From the IMG/VR virus record IMGVR_UViG_3300044468_000011, positions 1 to 59,275 of that record: a DNA stretch of 59,275 bases. One strand, given 5' to 3'. How positions within the stretch are numbered: the stretch's first letter is position 1; each line of letters begins with the position of its first letter. The position numbers were made by a program, and so were the translations under genes. The stretch is from a virus. Taxonomy: Duplodnaviria > Caudoviricetes. Below the pieces are notes generated by a model. The model was not told where the DNA came from and ran no database searches. It worked only from the letters and a program-made list of their open reading frames with translations. Below are positions 1 through 8,064 of the stretch, piece after piece.

Positions 1-813
1 GTGAGGAGGGCGCGGGAGGAGTCGGGACAGGCGCTGATCCTGGCGCTGGGAGGGTCGCTCGCCCTGCTCGCCGCCGCGCTTGCCCTGGTGGCGATCGCCG
101 GGGCGGTGACCGGCAAGGGCCGGGCCCAGCGAGCGGCCGACCTCGTCGCGATCTCGGCGGTCCGCTCACTGCGGGACGACCTGCCGCGGTTGCTCTCGCC
201 GCCTCGGCTCGCGGATGGCCGGCCGAACCCGGAGCACCTCGCGAAGGCGGCGTATCTGGCCCGCGCCCGGGCAGCGGGGCTGGCCGCGGCGAGGGCGAAC
301 GAGCTCGATCCTTCCCGCGTCCGGGTCCGCTTCCCGGACGCGGCGACGTTTGCCCCGGTGCGGGCCGAGGCGACGGTCGTCGCCGGCCTGCGGGAAGCGG
401 ACGGCCGGCGGGTGGAGGCCTCGGCGGTCGCCGAAGCCGCGGCTCCATACGGAGGCGCCGCGTCAGGGGGAGGGTCGTCGATGGCCAGCGGTGGCGGCTA
501 TGGCGGGCCGCTGGCGATGCGCGACGGCGAGGGCATGCGACCGGACGTCGCTTTTGCCTACGACCAGATGGCGGCGGCGGCGCGCGCCGACGGCCTGGTC
601 CTGGTCGTCGTCTCGGGCTTCCGCTCCGATGCCGAGCAGGCGGAGCTCTTCGCCGCCCACCCCGATCCGACCTGGGTGGCTCCGCCGGGGCAGTCGCTCC
701 ACCGCTGCGCGACCGAGCTCGACCTCGGTTCCTCCTCCGCATACGGCTGGCTCGCCGCCAACGCCGGCCGCTTCGGCTTCGTCCAGCGGTACAGCTGGGA
801 GGCGTGGCACTAG
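1..813 (+). pseudogene. Host Tad/TadG-like N-terminal domain plus M15B (VanY-like) D-Ala-D-Ala carboxypeptidase; probably 3'-truncated by the prophage
   Basis: ESGQALIL prepilin-like start, TM helix, AQRAADL Tad motif; M15 motifs SGFRS, SLHRCATELD, EAWH; TAG follows the last His directly. Confidence 0.75.
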
Positions 814-830
814 GAATGCACTTAGCGCAA
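795..830. other. Probable attL (prophage left junction)
   Basis: Host ORF ends at TGG CAC TAG where M15 domains normally continue WH[Y/F]; phage-type genes follow. attR is not in the window. Confidence 0.55.
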
Positions 831-892
831 GGGAACAGCCGAGCTGCCGAATTCAGCCTAGCCCCTCCGATTGAGCGGGTGGAGGTGGCGGG

Positions 893-1261
893 GTGAACGT
901 CCATCTGACGCTGACCCCACAAGAGGCCGAGGAGTTGGCGGCTGGTCGGGTGGCGGACTCGCTGAAGCCGAAGGTAACCGCGGCAATCGGCGAGGCCGAG
1001 CGGCTGGAGCAGGCGATGGAATCGGCTCGGAAGCTGGACCAGGAAGGCAAGCTAATCCCGGTTGACCTCAGCCAGCATCCCAGGCGCGACGACCAGTTGC
1101 GGGTGGTCTACCGGCAGCCCAGCGATGAGGAACTGCGCTGCACGACGTTCATCCCACTCCCCGACTCTCCTGACCTCCGCGCCGCGTTGGCAGCCGCGGT
1201 TCCCGCCTTCACCGCCTACACGTATCAGGAGGCCGAGCGATTGGTTCAGGGCGAGCGGTGA
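893..1261 (+). CDS. Phage hypothetical protein
   Basis: GGAGG upstream; GTGA overlap with next gene. Confidence 0.75.
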   Translation: MNVHLTLTPQEAEELAAGRVADSLKPKVTAAIGEAERLEQAMESARKLDQEGKLIPVDLSQHPRRDDQLRVVYRQPSDEELRCTTFIPLPDSPDLRAALAAAVPAFTAYTYQEAERLVQGER

Positions 1262-1419
1262 GGCTCCACATCGAACTCGGCGGCATGTCCGTAAGGCGCT
1301 TTGGCCTGTCGATCCCTGACGGCCTGCACGTCTGGGTTGGGAGCCGGGGCGTCCACCTCTACTGGCACAAGAGCCGCTACCAGCGTCGGGTCACTTTCGA
1401 CCGCTTGGAAGCGTCGTGA
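1258..1419 (+). CDS. Small hypothetical protein (53 aa, MRLHIELGG...)
   Basis: Read manually; GTGA overlaps at both ends. Confidence 0.65.
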   Translation: MRLHIELGGMSVRRFGLSIPDGLHVWVGSRGVHLYWHKSRYQRRVTFDRLEAS

Positions 1420-1706
1420 AACTCCGCCTCAAAGCCCTCCGCTCTCTCCGTTGGAACTACACCCGCAAGGGAGTCTGGTTCTGGTTGAAGGGGCGGAACT
1501 GCTGGGGGTGTGGCGGGAGTGGTGTGCAGGCGCTTGTCACCATCGCGCCCGGCCAAAGCGAGGTGCCGCCCAATCGTCCTGCGTCTCAGATCCGAACCTG
1601 CTCCCACTGCAAAGGCGATCCAAAGCGCGGCTACCGGCGCATCCTCTCCAAACCCCAGTCAGTACTAGACGAGCAGACGGCTATTGCTGAGGGGGTCATG
1701 GGGTGA
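1416..1706 (+). CDS. Zn-finger protein (CxxCxGxG...CxxCxG)
   Basis: CWGCGGSG and CSHCKG; coupled overlaps. Confidence 0.7.
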   Translation: MKLRLKALRSLRWNYTRKGVWFWLKGRNCWGCGGSGVQALVTIAPGQSEVPPNRPASQIRTCSHCKGDPKRGYRRILSKPQSVLDEQTAIAEGVMG

Positions 1707-2740
1707 TCGGGCAGTTCGATCGCGAGCGCCTCGATTCGATGGTCGCCGAGGGATGGCTGCGAAGCCAGCGACACCCGGAAGCCGACCTGTGGATCTACAA
1801 CTACACCGAGAAGACCCAGTTTGAGAACCACTGGACGCCGGAGACGCTGGCTTGCCGCGGACTGATCCTCGGCCCTGACGGTGGGATCGTCGCCCGCCCC
1901 TTCCCGAAGTTCTTCAACTACGGCGACCCTCAGGTCGGGCCGATCCCCAAGGGGGGCTACCGAATCACCGAGAAGATCGACGGGTCGCTCGGGATCATGT
2001 ACAGGCTCGGCGGTGAGGCGAGGCTGGCGACCCGAGGCAGCTTCACGAGCGAGCAGGCCCTCGAAGGAACGGCGATGCTCGCCGATTACGACTACTTCGC
2101 CTACGCGGGCAGCACTCCCTTGTTTGAGATCGTCTACCCGCAGAACCGGATCGTCGTCGACTACGGAAACCGCCGCGAGCTGGTCCTGCTGGCAGTACTC
2201 GACAACGCGACCGGGATGGAGGCGGAGATGCAGTGGCGCGGCCCGACGGTCGATCGGCACGACTATCTGGAAATCGCCGACCTGCCGAAGCAAAGCCGAG
2301 CTAACCACGAGGGCTATGTCGTCACGTTCCCGACCGGCCTGCGATTCAAGGTCAAGCACGCCGAGTATGTCCGCCTACACAGGATCATCACGGGTGTCAA
2401 CGCTCGGACCATCTGGGACGCACTTCGCAGTGGCGACGAGGTCGATGCCTTGCTCGACGGTGTGCCCGATGAGATCCACGACTGGATCAGCGCCGTCCGC
2501 CGTGAATTGAACGCCCGGTTCTTCGACGAGGACTCGCACTGCCGTGCGGTCTTCGGAGACAGGCCGGTTGATGCGGACCGCAAGGCTCTTGCCACCTACT
2601 TCCAGTCGAGCGAGGCCAACCCCGCGGTCCTCTTCCGGATGCTCGACGGGAAGCCGTACGACGACCTGATCTGGAAGGCGATCAAGCCTGAGCCGACAAC
2701 GCCGGACACGGTCTGGACCAGGGACGAGGTTGCGGCGTGA
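1703..2740 (+). CDS. RNA ligase, T4 Rnl1-like
   Basis: Motif I EKIDGSL, CRGLIL..ARPFPKFFN, FEIV, EGYVV, KVK. Confidence 0.92.
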   Translation: MIGQFDRERLDSMVAEGWLRSQRHPEADLWIYNYTEKTQFENHWTPETLACRGLILGPDGGIVARPFPKFFNYGDPQVGPIPKGGYRITEKIDGSLGIMYRLGGEARLATRGSFTSEQALEGTAMLADYDYFAYAGSTPLFEIVYPQNRIVVDYGNRRELVLLAVLDNATGMEAEMQWRGPTVDRHDYLEIADLPKQSRANHEGYVVTFPTGLRFKVKHAEYVRLHRIITGVNARTIWDALRSGDEVDALLDGVPDEIHDWISAVRRELNARFFDEDSHCRAVFGDRPVDADRKALATYFQSSEANPAVLFRMLDGKPYDDLIWKAIKPEPTTPDTVWTRDEVAA

Positions 2741-3393
2741 ACCTCGAGCAGAAGATCAACGATCTCCTCGGCCGCCTCGCCATCATCTCCGAGGCCCCCG
2801 CCGGCAACCTCGAAGCCCAGCTCTCCCGCTCGGCCCCGGAGTCCTCAGAGCCCAGCGGCGCCCTCAGTCTCGCCCACCACACCGACGCGAAGCGAGGATT
2901 GAGCCTCTTCGAGTGGTATCGAGACGAGTTCGCCAAGCGAATCGCCGAACCCGACCGGCTCCTCAGCCTCTACCTAGCCGGAGAGCGGGAGTATCTTCGC
3001 CGAACCGACCCCCGCATCCATGCCGCCACCGCCGAGAAGGGATCGATCGTTGCCTACTCCGAAGACGGGGCGACGGTGGAGGGAATCGCGGCCGAGCACG
3101 TGATCAAAGAGTTCGAGGGGGTCCATGCACTGGACGTGGCGATCATCGAAGGGAAGACCGAAGCCTGGGTTCTGAAGGTCCGCCGTCTGCACGGTCGCAA
3201 CCCCCACGACGGCCGGGCCCTAGCGGAGTTCCGCGAATGGGATGACGAGGAACGTCGGCGGCAGATCGAGCTCTATCTTGTGGAGGTCCGGAGCAGGGGA
3301 CAGCAAGCCGGGGCGAAGCGGATCGCCAACCACTTCGGCGTCTCCAAGCAGACGATCCAGCGCTACCTCGATTCGCCTGCGGTGGCGGCGTAG
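2737..3393 (+). CDS. HTH DNA-binding protein, candidate late-gene regulator
   Basis: C-terminal HTH GAKRIANHFGVSKQTIQRYL; last large gene before the tRNA/late region. Confidence 0.7.
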   Translation: MNLEQKINDLLGRLAIISEAPAGNLEAQLSRSAPESSEPSGALSLAHHTDAKRGLSLFEWYRDEFAKRIAEPDRLLSLYLAGEREYLRRTDPRIHAATAEKGSIVAYSEDGATVEGIAAEHVIKEFEGVHALDVAIIEGKTEAWVLKVRRLHGRNPHDGRALAEFREWDDEERRRQIELYLVEVRSRGQQAGAKRIANHFGVSKQTIQRYLDSPAVAA

Positions 3394-3403
3394 GGTTCCC
3401 GGC

Positions 3404-3646
3404 ATGGAAATCAGTTGGTTCGATCCGCCGGACTGGGTACGCAACGCGCCGCCGGTAACCAGCGCTGATCTACGACGCGCGATGAAAGAGGCGATGGTGA
3501 CCGGCACGCTGGTAGCCGCTCCGCGAAAGACCGGGCGCATGGCGGGGGAGCCGAGTTGCCGGCGAGCGGGTAACGAGCCCACGGTGCGCCCCTCTGCGCC
3601 CTTCGCGAACCCGACCGATGACCTTCCGTCCGTGGCTGACGTGTAA
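3404..3646 (+). CDS. Possible small hypothetical protein (MEISWFDPP...)
   Basis: ATG at 3404, 80 codons; weak RBS. Confidence 0.35.
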   Translation: MEISWFDPPDWVRNAPPVTSADLRRAMKEAMVTGTLVAAPRKTGRMAGEPSCRRAGNEPTVRPSAPFANPTDDLPSVADV

Positions 3647-3656
3647 TATCAGCCAC
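3632..3656 (+). promoter_or_regulatory. Palindrome GTGGCTGA-N9-TCAGCCAC around a TAATAT -10-like box; candidate late promoter/operator
   Basis: Perfect 8-bp inverted repeat upstream of the tRNA/late region. Confidence 0.45.
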
Positions 3657-3840
3657 CGATGGCCGTGGGACCAGTGCGTCCGCAAGCGGCCAACAGCCTC
3701 GCCGCTCCCGACGGCTAGAGGCACCTCAGCCGGATAGCAACGAGCCCCGCGAGAGCGTCCCCTGCCCGCCTTCGCGACTCACCGCTGTCCACCCCCGGCG
3801 CTTTCCTGTCAGAGGGACGGGCGCCGGGAGTCTTCACCGC

Positions 3841-3914
3841 CGCGGGGTAGAGCAGCCCGGTAGCTCGCTGGGTTCATGACCCGGAGGTCGCCGGTTCGAA
3901 TCCGGCCCCCGCTA
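3841..3914 (+). tRNA. tRNA-fMet (CAT), initiator type
   Basis: Cloverleaf; C1:T72 mismatch, GGG/CCC anticodon stem, loop TT-CAT-GA, T-loop TTCGAAT; CCA not encoded. Confidence 0.93.
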
Positions 3915-4410
3915 TGCCCGGTGTGGGCTTAAGCGCACCAACGCGAACCCGGGCGCGCAGAACCGGCAGGGTGGCCACCCTGTAGCGGCGGGCCTTCGGC
4001 GGCCGCCGCCTCGCCGGACGGGTACCGTCGCCAACCTTCATCACTGCCGTGGTGTAAATCGGAAGTCCCCGCCGGCAGCAACCAACTTCGAGCCGGACCA
4101 GCGATTCAGTTCATTGGGAAGGCCGATGCCAGTGGCAGGTAAAGCCCGCCGCGCCCGAGGGCGCTGACCGAGCGGACGCTGCCTGCCCGCTTCTTCCTGA
4201 AGCTACCGAGGAGGCGACCCAGCGTCGATCCAGTGGTAGCCACTCCCCCGCGCCCGTGCCGCCCGGGGTGAGGTATAGGCACGCGGAAGCCTCTGCGGGG
4301 GCGACCGTAATCAACACAGGCGAGAGGCCAGTCGCGCCCCTCAGGCGCTCGCCGTCCATACCTGACCGTCGCGGCGAAAGGGCGCCGCTCGCGACGGTGC
4401 CAACTTCGAA
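3915..4410 (+). ncRNA. Candidate structured ncRNA(s) between tRNA-fMet and tRNA-Arg
   Basis: No credible ORF; back-to-back nested helices (GCCCGG/CCGGGC, GGCAGGTA/TGCCTGCC, GCTACC/GGTAGC, CCCCCGC/GCGGGGG, ACCGTCGCG/CGCGACGGT). Confidence 0.5.
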
Positions 4411-4484
4411 ACGCCGGTAGCTCAGCACGGTAGAGCGGCTCCCTCCTAAGGAGCAGGGCGCGGGTTCGGATCCCGCCCGGCGTA
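4411..4484 (+). tRNA. tRNA-Arg (CCT)
   Basis: ACGCCGG/CCGGCGT acceptor, GCTC/GAGC D-stem, GCTCC-CTCCTAA-GGAGC, GCGGG-TTCGGAT-CCCGC. Confidence 0.93.
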
Positions 4485-4550
4485 CTGGACCCGCAGCCTC
4501 GTCACCTCGTGTATCCGGGGGCCATGCGGGTCTGCCCATTCGCATCCCCA

Positions 4551-4621
4551 GGGGGCGGGCGCCGGTCGAGTCGGCTGGTCTCCAAAGCCAAGCCGCCGAG
4601 GTTCGATTCCTCGCGCCCCCG
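4551..4621 (+). tRNA. tRNA-Trp (CCA), atypical D-arm
   Basis: GGGGGCG/CGCCCCC acceptor, G73, loop CT-CCA-AA, CGAGG-TTCGATT-CCTCG; weak anticodon stem. Confidence 0.75.
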
Positions 4622-4704
4622 TTGGACCACCGTGACCTCGCCCGCAGTCATGAGCCGCAAGGCGCTGATCGGGCAGGCCGGTGGCCGCTTCAACCAACTC
4701 ACCC

Positions 4705-4774
4705 CGCCGTAGCCAAGTGGCGCGGCGACTCACGACCCCGGCGAGCAAGTGCTGCGCCGAAGGAGGCAAGAGCC
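4705..4774 (+). promoter_or_regulatory. AAGN-tetraloop hairpin triplet 1
   Basis: GCC-AAGT-GGC, AGC-AAGT-GCT, GGC-AAGA-GCC around the AAGGAGG RBS. Confidence 0.55.
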
Positions 4775-4778
4775 CCCG

Positions 4779-4982
4779 ATGTCCCTCTTAATCGCCCTGA
4801 TCCTCGACATCTACTTCCTGGTGCAGAGCATCGGCCACAATGATCCCGGATGGGCGGCGGCCTTCGCCTTTGCTCCGGGGATCGCGATCGGCAAGGTGAT
4901 GACGGTCGCCTACCGTCGAGGAACCATCCTCCGCCTCGAACGTGAACTCGCTGCCCAGCGCGAGTGGGATGAGGAGGACTGA
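4779..4982 (+). CDS. Small membrane protein
   Basis: AAGGAGG upstream; two hydrophobic segments. Confidence 0.7.
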   Translation: MSLLIALILDIYFLVQSIGHNDPGWAAAFAFAPGIAIGKVMTVAYRRGTILRLERELAAQREWDEED

Positions 4983-5359
4983 TGAAACGCTGGCATCGGG
5001 AGCTAGCTGGAGTCGGCTTCGACCTGAGGCGGTTCTACGCGCGCAACCGTATCCTCCGCCTGTGGGTCGGATCGCTTGCGGTCTTCATCTGGCTGAGGGC
5101 AGGCGATATCAGCGGAGGAGTCGCCTCGCGCCGCGCATCCCTCAACTGGAATCTGCGCTGGAACGCCCAGTGGAGTCACCCTGGCGCGGGCGGGAAGCTC
5201 GTGCCCCAACCTCGATACATCCTCTGGCTCCGGCTCGGCGCGCTCTTGATGCCCGAATACGACCGTCGCACCCACCGCCACTGGAACTGGTCCAAGGGCA
5301 TCCGCGAGCTGATCGACATGCGCCCGTTCGGGTTCTTCCTTGAGGGGGCAGCGGTATGA
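4982..5359 (+). CDS. Hypothetical protein
   Basis: GGAGGA RBS; TGATG coupling. Confidence 0.65.
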   Translation: MKRWHRELAGVGFDLRRFYARNRILRLWVGSLAVFIWLRAGDISGGVASRRASLNWNLRWNAQWSHPGAGGKLVPQPRYILWLRLGALLMPEYDRRTHRHWNWSKGIRELIDMRPFGFFLEGAAV

Positions 5360-5709
5360 GCGCCGCGATCGTGCTTACCCCAGAGGAAGCTCTACGCGTC
5401 ATCAGCGAAGCCCCCGACGCTGCAGACAAGACCCCGGCGGACCTGATCGAGGCAGCAGAAGACTTCGAGCGCCAAGCCGACCGCAAGGACCGCCTCTCGC
5501 CACGGAACGCGGGCGGCACCCGCGCCAAGGCCCGAGCTAAGTCCAGGGAGCGCAAGGGAGACCGCTTACGCCTTCAGGCCCAGGTCTGCCGATCAGCAGC
5601 CTCAGAGATCGAAGCCCGCGACTGCCCGAACGTCGGGGAGGCGAGCAGGAGCGCCGTGGTGCGGGCGATGCGCCGGGCGCTCAGGCGGCAGGGGGGTGAG
5701 GCAGCGTGA
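5356..5709 (+). CDS. Hypothetical protein
   Basis: ATGA overlap; helical composition. Confidence 0.7.
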   Translation: MSAAIVLTPEEALRVISEAPDAADKTPADLIEAAEDFERQADRKDRLSPRNAGGTRAKARAKSRERKGDRLRLQAQVCRSAASEIEARDCPNVGEASRSAVVRAMRRALRRQGGEAA

Positions 5710-5918
5710 ACCGCATGCAGGTCAGCCTTGCCCGCAAGAAGGCCATCGAGTCGGTAGCCGAGGAAGAGTTCGACCTGCACCATGGGCGAGACATGTACGG
5801 GTCAGCTTGGGTGAGCGCCACGGACGCACAGCGCAAGGCAGCTATCGAAATCACCACCGAGACGTTGGAGCGCTTGGAGGCCGCCGTTGGCTGTCGTCTT
5901 GGGGAGGCTCTGCCATGA
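5706..5918 (+). CDS. Hypothetical protein
   Basis: Coupled overlaps at both ends. Confidence 0.65.
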   Translation: MNRMQVSLARKKAIESVAEEEFDLHHGRDMYGSAWVSATDAQRKAAIEITTETLERLEAAVGCRLGEALP

Positions 5919-6505
5919 GCCCGCCCCGCTGTACCGGGAAGCGCAAGGACGGCAAGCCCTGCACGGCCTTCCCTAAGAAGGGAACCGACCGATGCGGGCG
6001 CCATCCGCGCGATGACGCGCCTGACACTCCATCCCCCGCGCGTGAAGAGACGCCGCGCCCCGAGCGCTGGAACCGCGACCACTGGCTCGACACCTTCCGC
6101 TGGTGCGGGATGGTCTCGATGACCTGCGAGCTGATGGGGATCTCCCGCCAGACCGCCTACGCCGAGCGCCAGCGAAACGAAGACTTCGCCGTCGCCTGGG
6201 CCGACATCGAGGAAGAGACGACCGAGGCGATGGAGCGCGAGGCCTACCGCCGCGCCGTCGAGGGAGTTACCACCCCGATGGTCTCGGCGGGCAAGCACGT
6301 CACCGATGTGCAGAACTACAGCGATCGCCTCCTGGAGTTCATGCTGAAGTCCCGTCGCCCCGAGAAGTACCGCGACCGTGTCGATGTGAACCACTCCGGG
6401 AAGGTCGAGAAGAAGGTCAAGCTCGATCTCGGCAAGCTGAGTGAGGAGGAGCTGGAGAACCTTGGGCAGATCCTCGACAAGCTCGATGAGCCGACGACCG
6501 CCTAG
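5915..6505 (+). CDS. terS: Terminase small subunit
   Basis: CTGKRKDGKPC..CGRH Zn motif, HTH GISRQTAY, EAYRRAVEG..YSDRLLEFMLK..PEKY; precedes TerL. Confidence 0.88.
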   Translation: MSPPRCTGKRKDGKPCTAFPKKGTDRCGRHPRDDAPDTPSPAREETPRPERWNRDHWLDTFRWCGMVSMTCELMGISRQTAYAERQRNEDFAVAWADIEEETTEAMEREAYRRAVEGVTTPMVSAGKHVTDVQNYSDRLLEFMLKSRRPEKYRDRVDVNHSGKVEKKVKLDLGKLSEEELENLGQILDKLDEPTTA

Positions 6506-6508
6506 CGT

Positions 6509-8038
6509 GTGCTCACCCGGCTCCCCTCCCGCGACGAACTGACGGTCGAGCGCTGTAGGCGTCGGCTCTCCACCTACATCCGGGAGGCGTGGCCGATCGT
6601 CGAGCCCGCCACGCCCTTGGTCTACGGCTGGCACATCGACACGGTCTCCGAGCACCTGGAAGCGGTCGGTCGGGGGGAAATCAAGCGATTGATCATCAAC
6701 GTCCCGCCGCGGACCATGAAGAGCCTGACGAGCTGCGTCTTCTGGCCTTCCTGGGAATGGTTGAGAGCGCCGGAGACGCGCTGGCTCTTCGCGTCGTACG
6801 CAGAGAACTTCGCCCACCGCGACAGCCTCAAGATGCGCCGGGTCATCCGCAGCGCGGGGGGCAGCGAAGAGGGCACGATCTTCCAGCGGCTCGGCTACCA
6901 GGGCGTCCTCTCGCTGCTCTCAGACGAGCCCTGGGAGCTGACCAAGGACCAAGACGCGAAGTCCCGCTACGACAACACGGCGGCGGGGATGCGACTGGCG
7001 ACCGGTGTGCGCGGTCAGGCCACGGGCGAGGGCGGCGACCGAATCGTGGTCGACGACCCGCTCTCGGCCAAGCAGGCGCGCTCAGACGCCGACCGGGAGT
7101 TCGCGAACACGTGGTGGGACGAGACGATGTCCACCCGGTTCAACAACGACCGAGCGGCTGCGGTGATCGTGATGCAGCGCCTCCACGAGGAGGATCTGAC
7201 TGGGCACCTGCTGGAGAAGGGTGGCTGGCACCACCTCTGCCTCCCGGCCGAGTACGAGCCCTCGCACCCCTTCGTCTACCCCGAGCGCGCCGAGCTTCCC
7301 TCCGGGAAAGAGATCCCCGGGGACCCTCGCACCGAGGAGGGAGAGCTGCTCGACGCCGAGCGCCTCGGCACCAAGCGCCTCAACGAGCTTCTGCGGGACC
7401 TCGGCTCCTATGGCTATGCCGGGCAAATGCAGCAGCGCCCCGCACCCCTGGAGGGCGGGATGTTCAAGCGGAGCTCGTGGCAGCGCTGGGAAACCCATCC
7501 GCCCTTCGAGCGCGTCGTCGCCTCCTGGGACATGCGCTTTTCCGACAGTCAGGAGGCGGCTTCCAGCTATGTCGTCGGTCAGGTCTGGGGGGTCCACGGG
7601 GCCAACCACTTCCTTCTCGCGCAGATCCGGGCGCGCCTGAGCTTCACCGAGACGCTAAAGGCGGTGCAGGCTCTCGATGACTTCCGCCGAGCCCCGGCGA
7701 AGCTGATCGAGAAGAAGGCCAACGGGGCTGCGGTGATGGACACGCTGAAGGCGAAGATCCCAGGCCTGATCCCGATCGAGCCCGAGGGCGGCAAGGAGGT
7801 GCGCGCCGCAGCGGTGGAACCGACCGTCGAGGCCGGGAACGTCTACTTGCCAGAAACCGAGTACATCCCCGCGCCACCCGGCTACGAGATGACCCGCGTA
7901 GACGACTTCATTTCCGAGCATGCGGTCTTCCCTAACGGCGCCCATGACGACCAGGTCGACGCGATGAGCCAAGCGCTCAACTGGATCGCAAGCGCTCCGG
8001 GCCCCGCCTCCAGCACCAAGAACCACCCGTGGCGCTGA
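6509..8038 (+). CDS. terL: Terminase large subunit
   Basis: Walker A NVPPRTMKS, Walker B IVVDD, MQRLHEED, nuclease SWD and HDDQVDA. Confidence 0.96.
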   Translation: MLTRLPSRDELTVERCRRRLSTYIREAWPIVEPATPLVYGWHIDTVSEHLEAVGRGEIKRLIINVPPRTMKSLTSCVFWPSWEWLRAPETRWLFASYAENFAHRDSLKMRRVIRSAGGSEEGTIFQRLGYQGVLSLLSDEPWELTKDQDAKSRYDNTAAGMRLATGVRGQATGEGGDRIVVDDPLSAKQARSDADREFANTWWDETMSTRFNNDRAAAVIVMQRLHEEDLTGHLLEKGGWHHLCLPAEYEPSHPFVYPERAELPSGKEIPGDPRTEEGELLDAERLGTKRLNELLRDLGSYGYAGQMQQRPAPLEGGMFKRSSWQRWETHPPFERVVASWDMRFSDSQEAASSYVVGQVWGVHGANHFLLAQIRARLSFTETLKAVQALDDFRRAPAKLIEKKANGAAVMDTLKAKIPGLIPIEPEGGKEVRAAAVEPTVEAGNVYLPETEYIPAPPGYEMTRVDDFISEHAVFPNGAHDDQVDAMSQALNWIASAPGPASSTKNHPWR

Positions 8039-8064
8039 GCGCCTGATCCCTTTGAAGGAGAGCC

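Noticed and set aside
4150-4200. CTGACCGA as a hammerhead ribozyme core
   Set aside because: One base too long for CUGANGA and no properly placed GAAA/UH.
5696-5914. Longer TerS start
   Set aside because: Overlaps gene 5706-5918; GGAGG plus ATGA overlap supports 5915.
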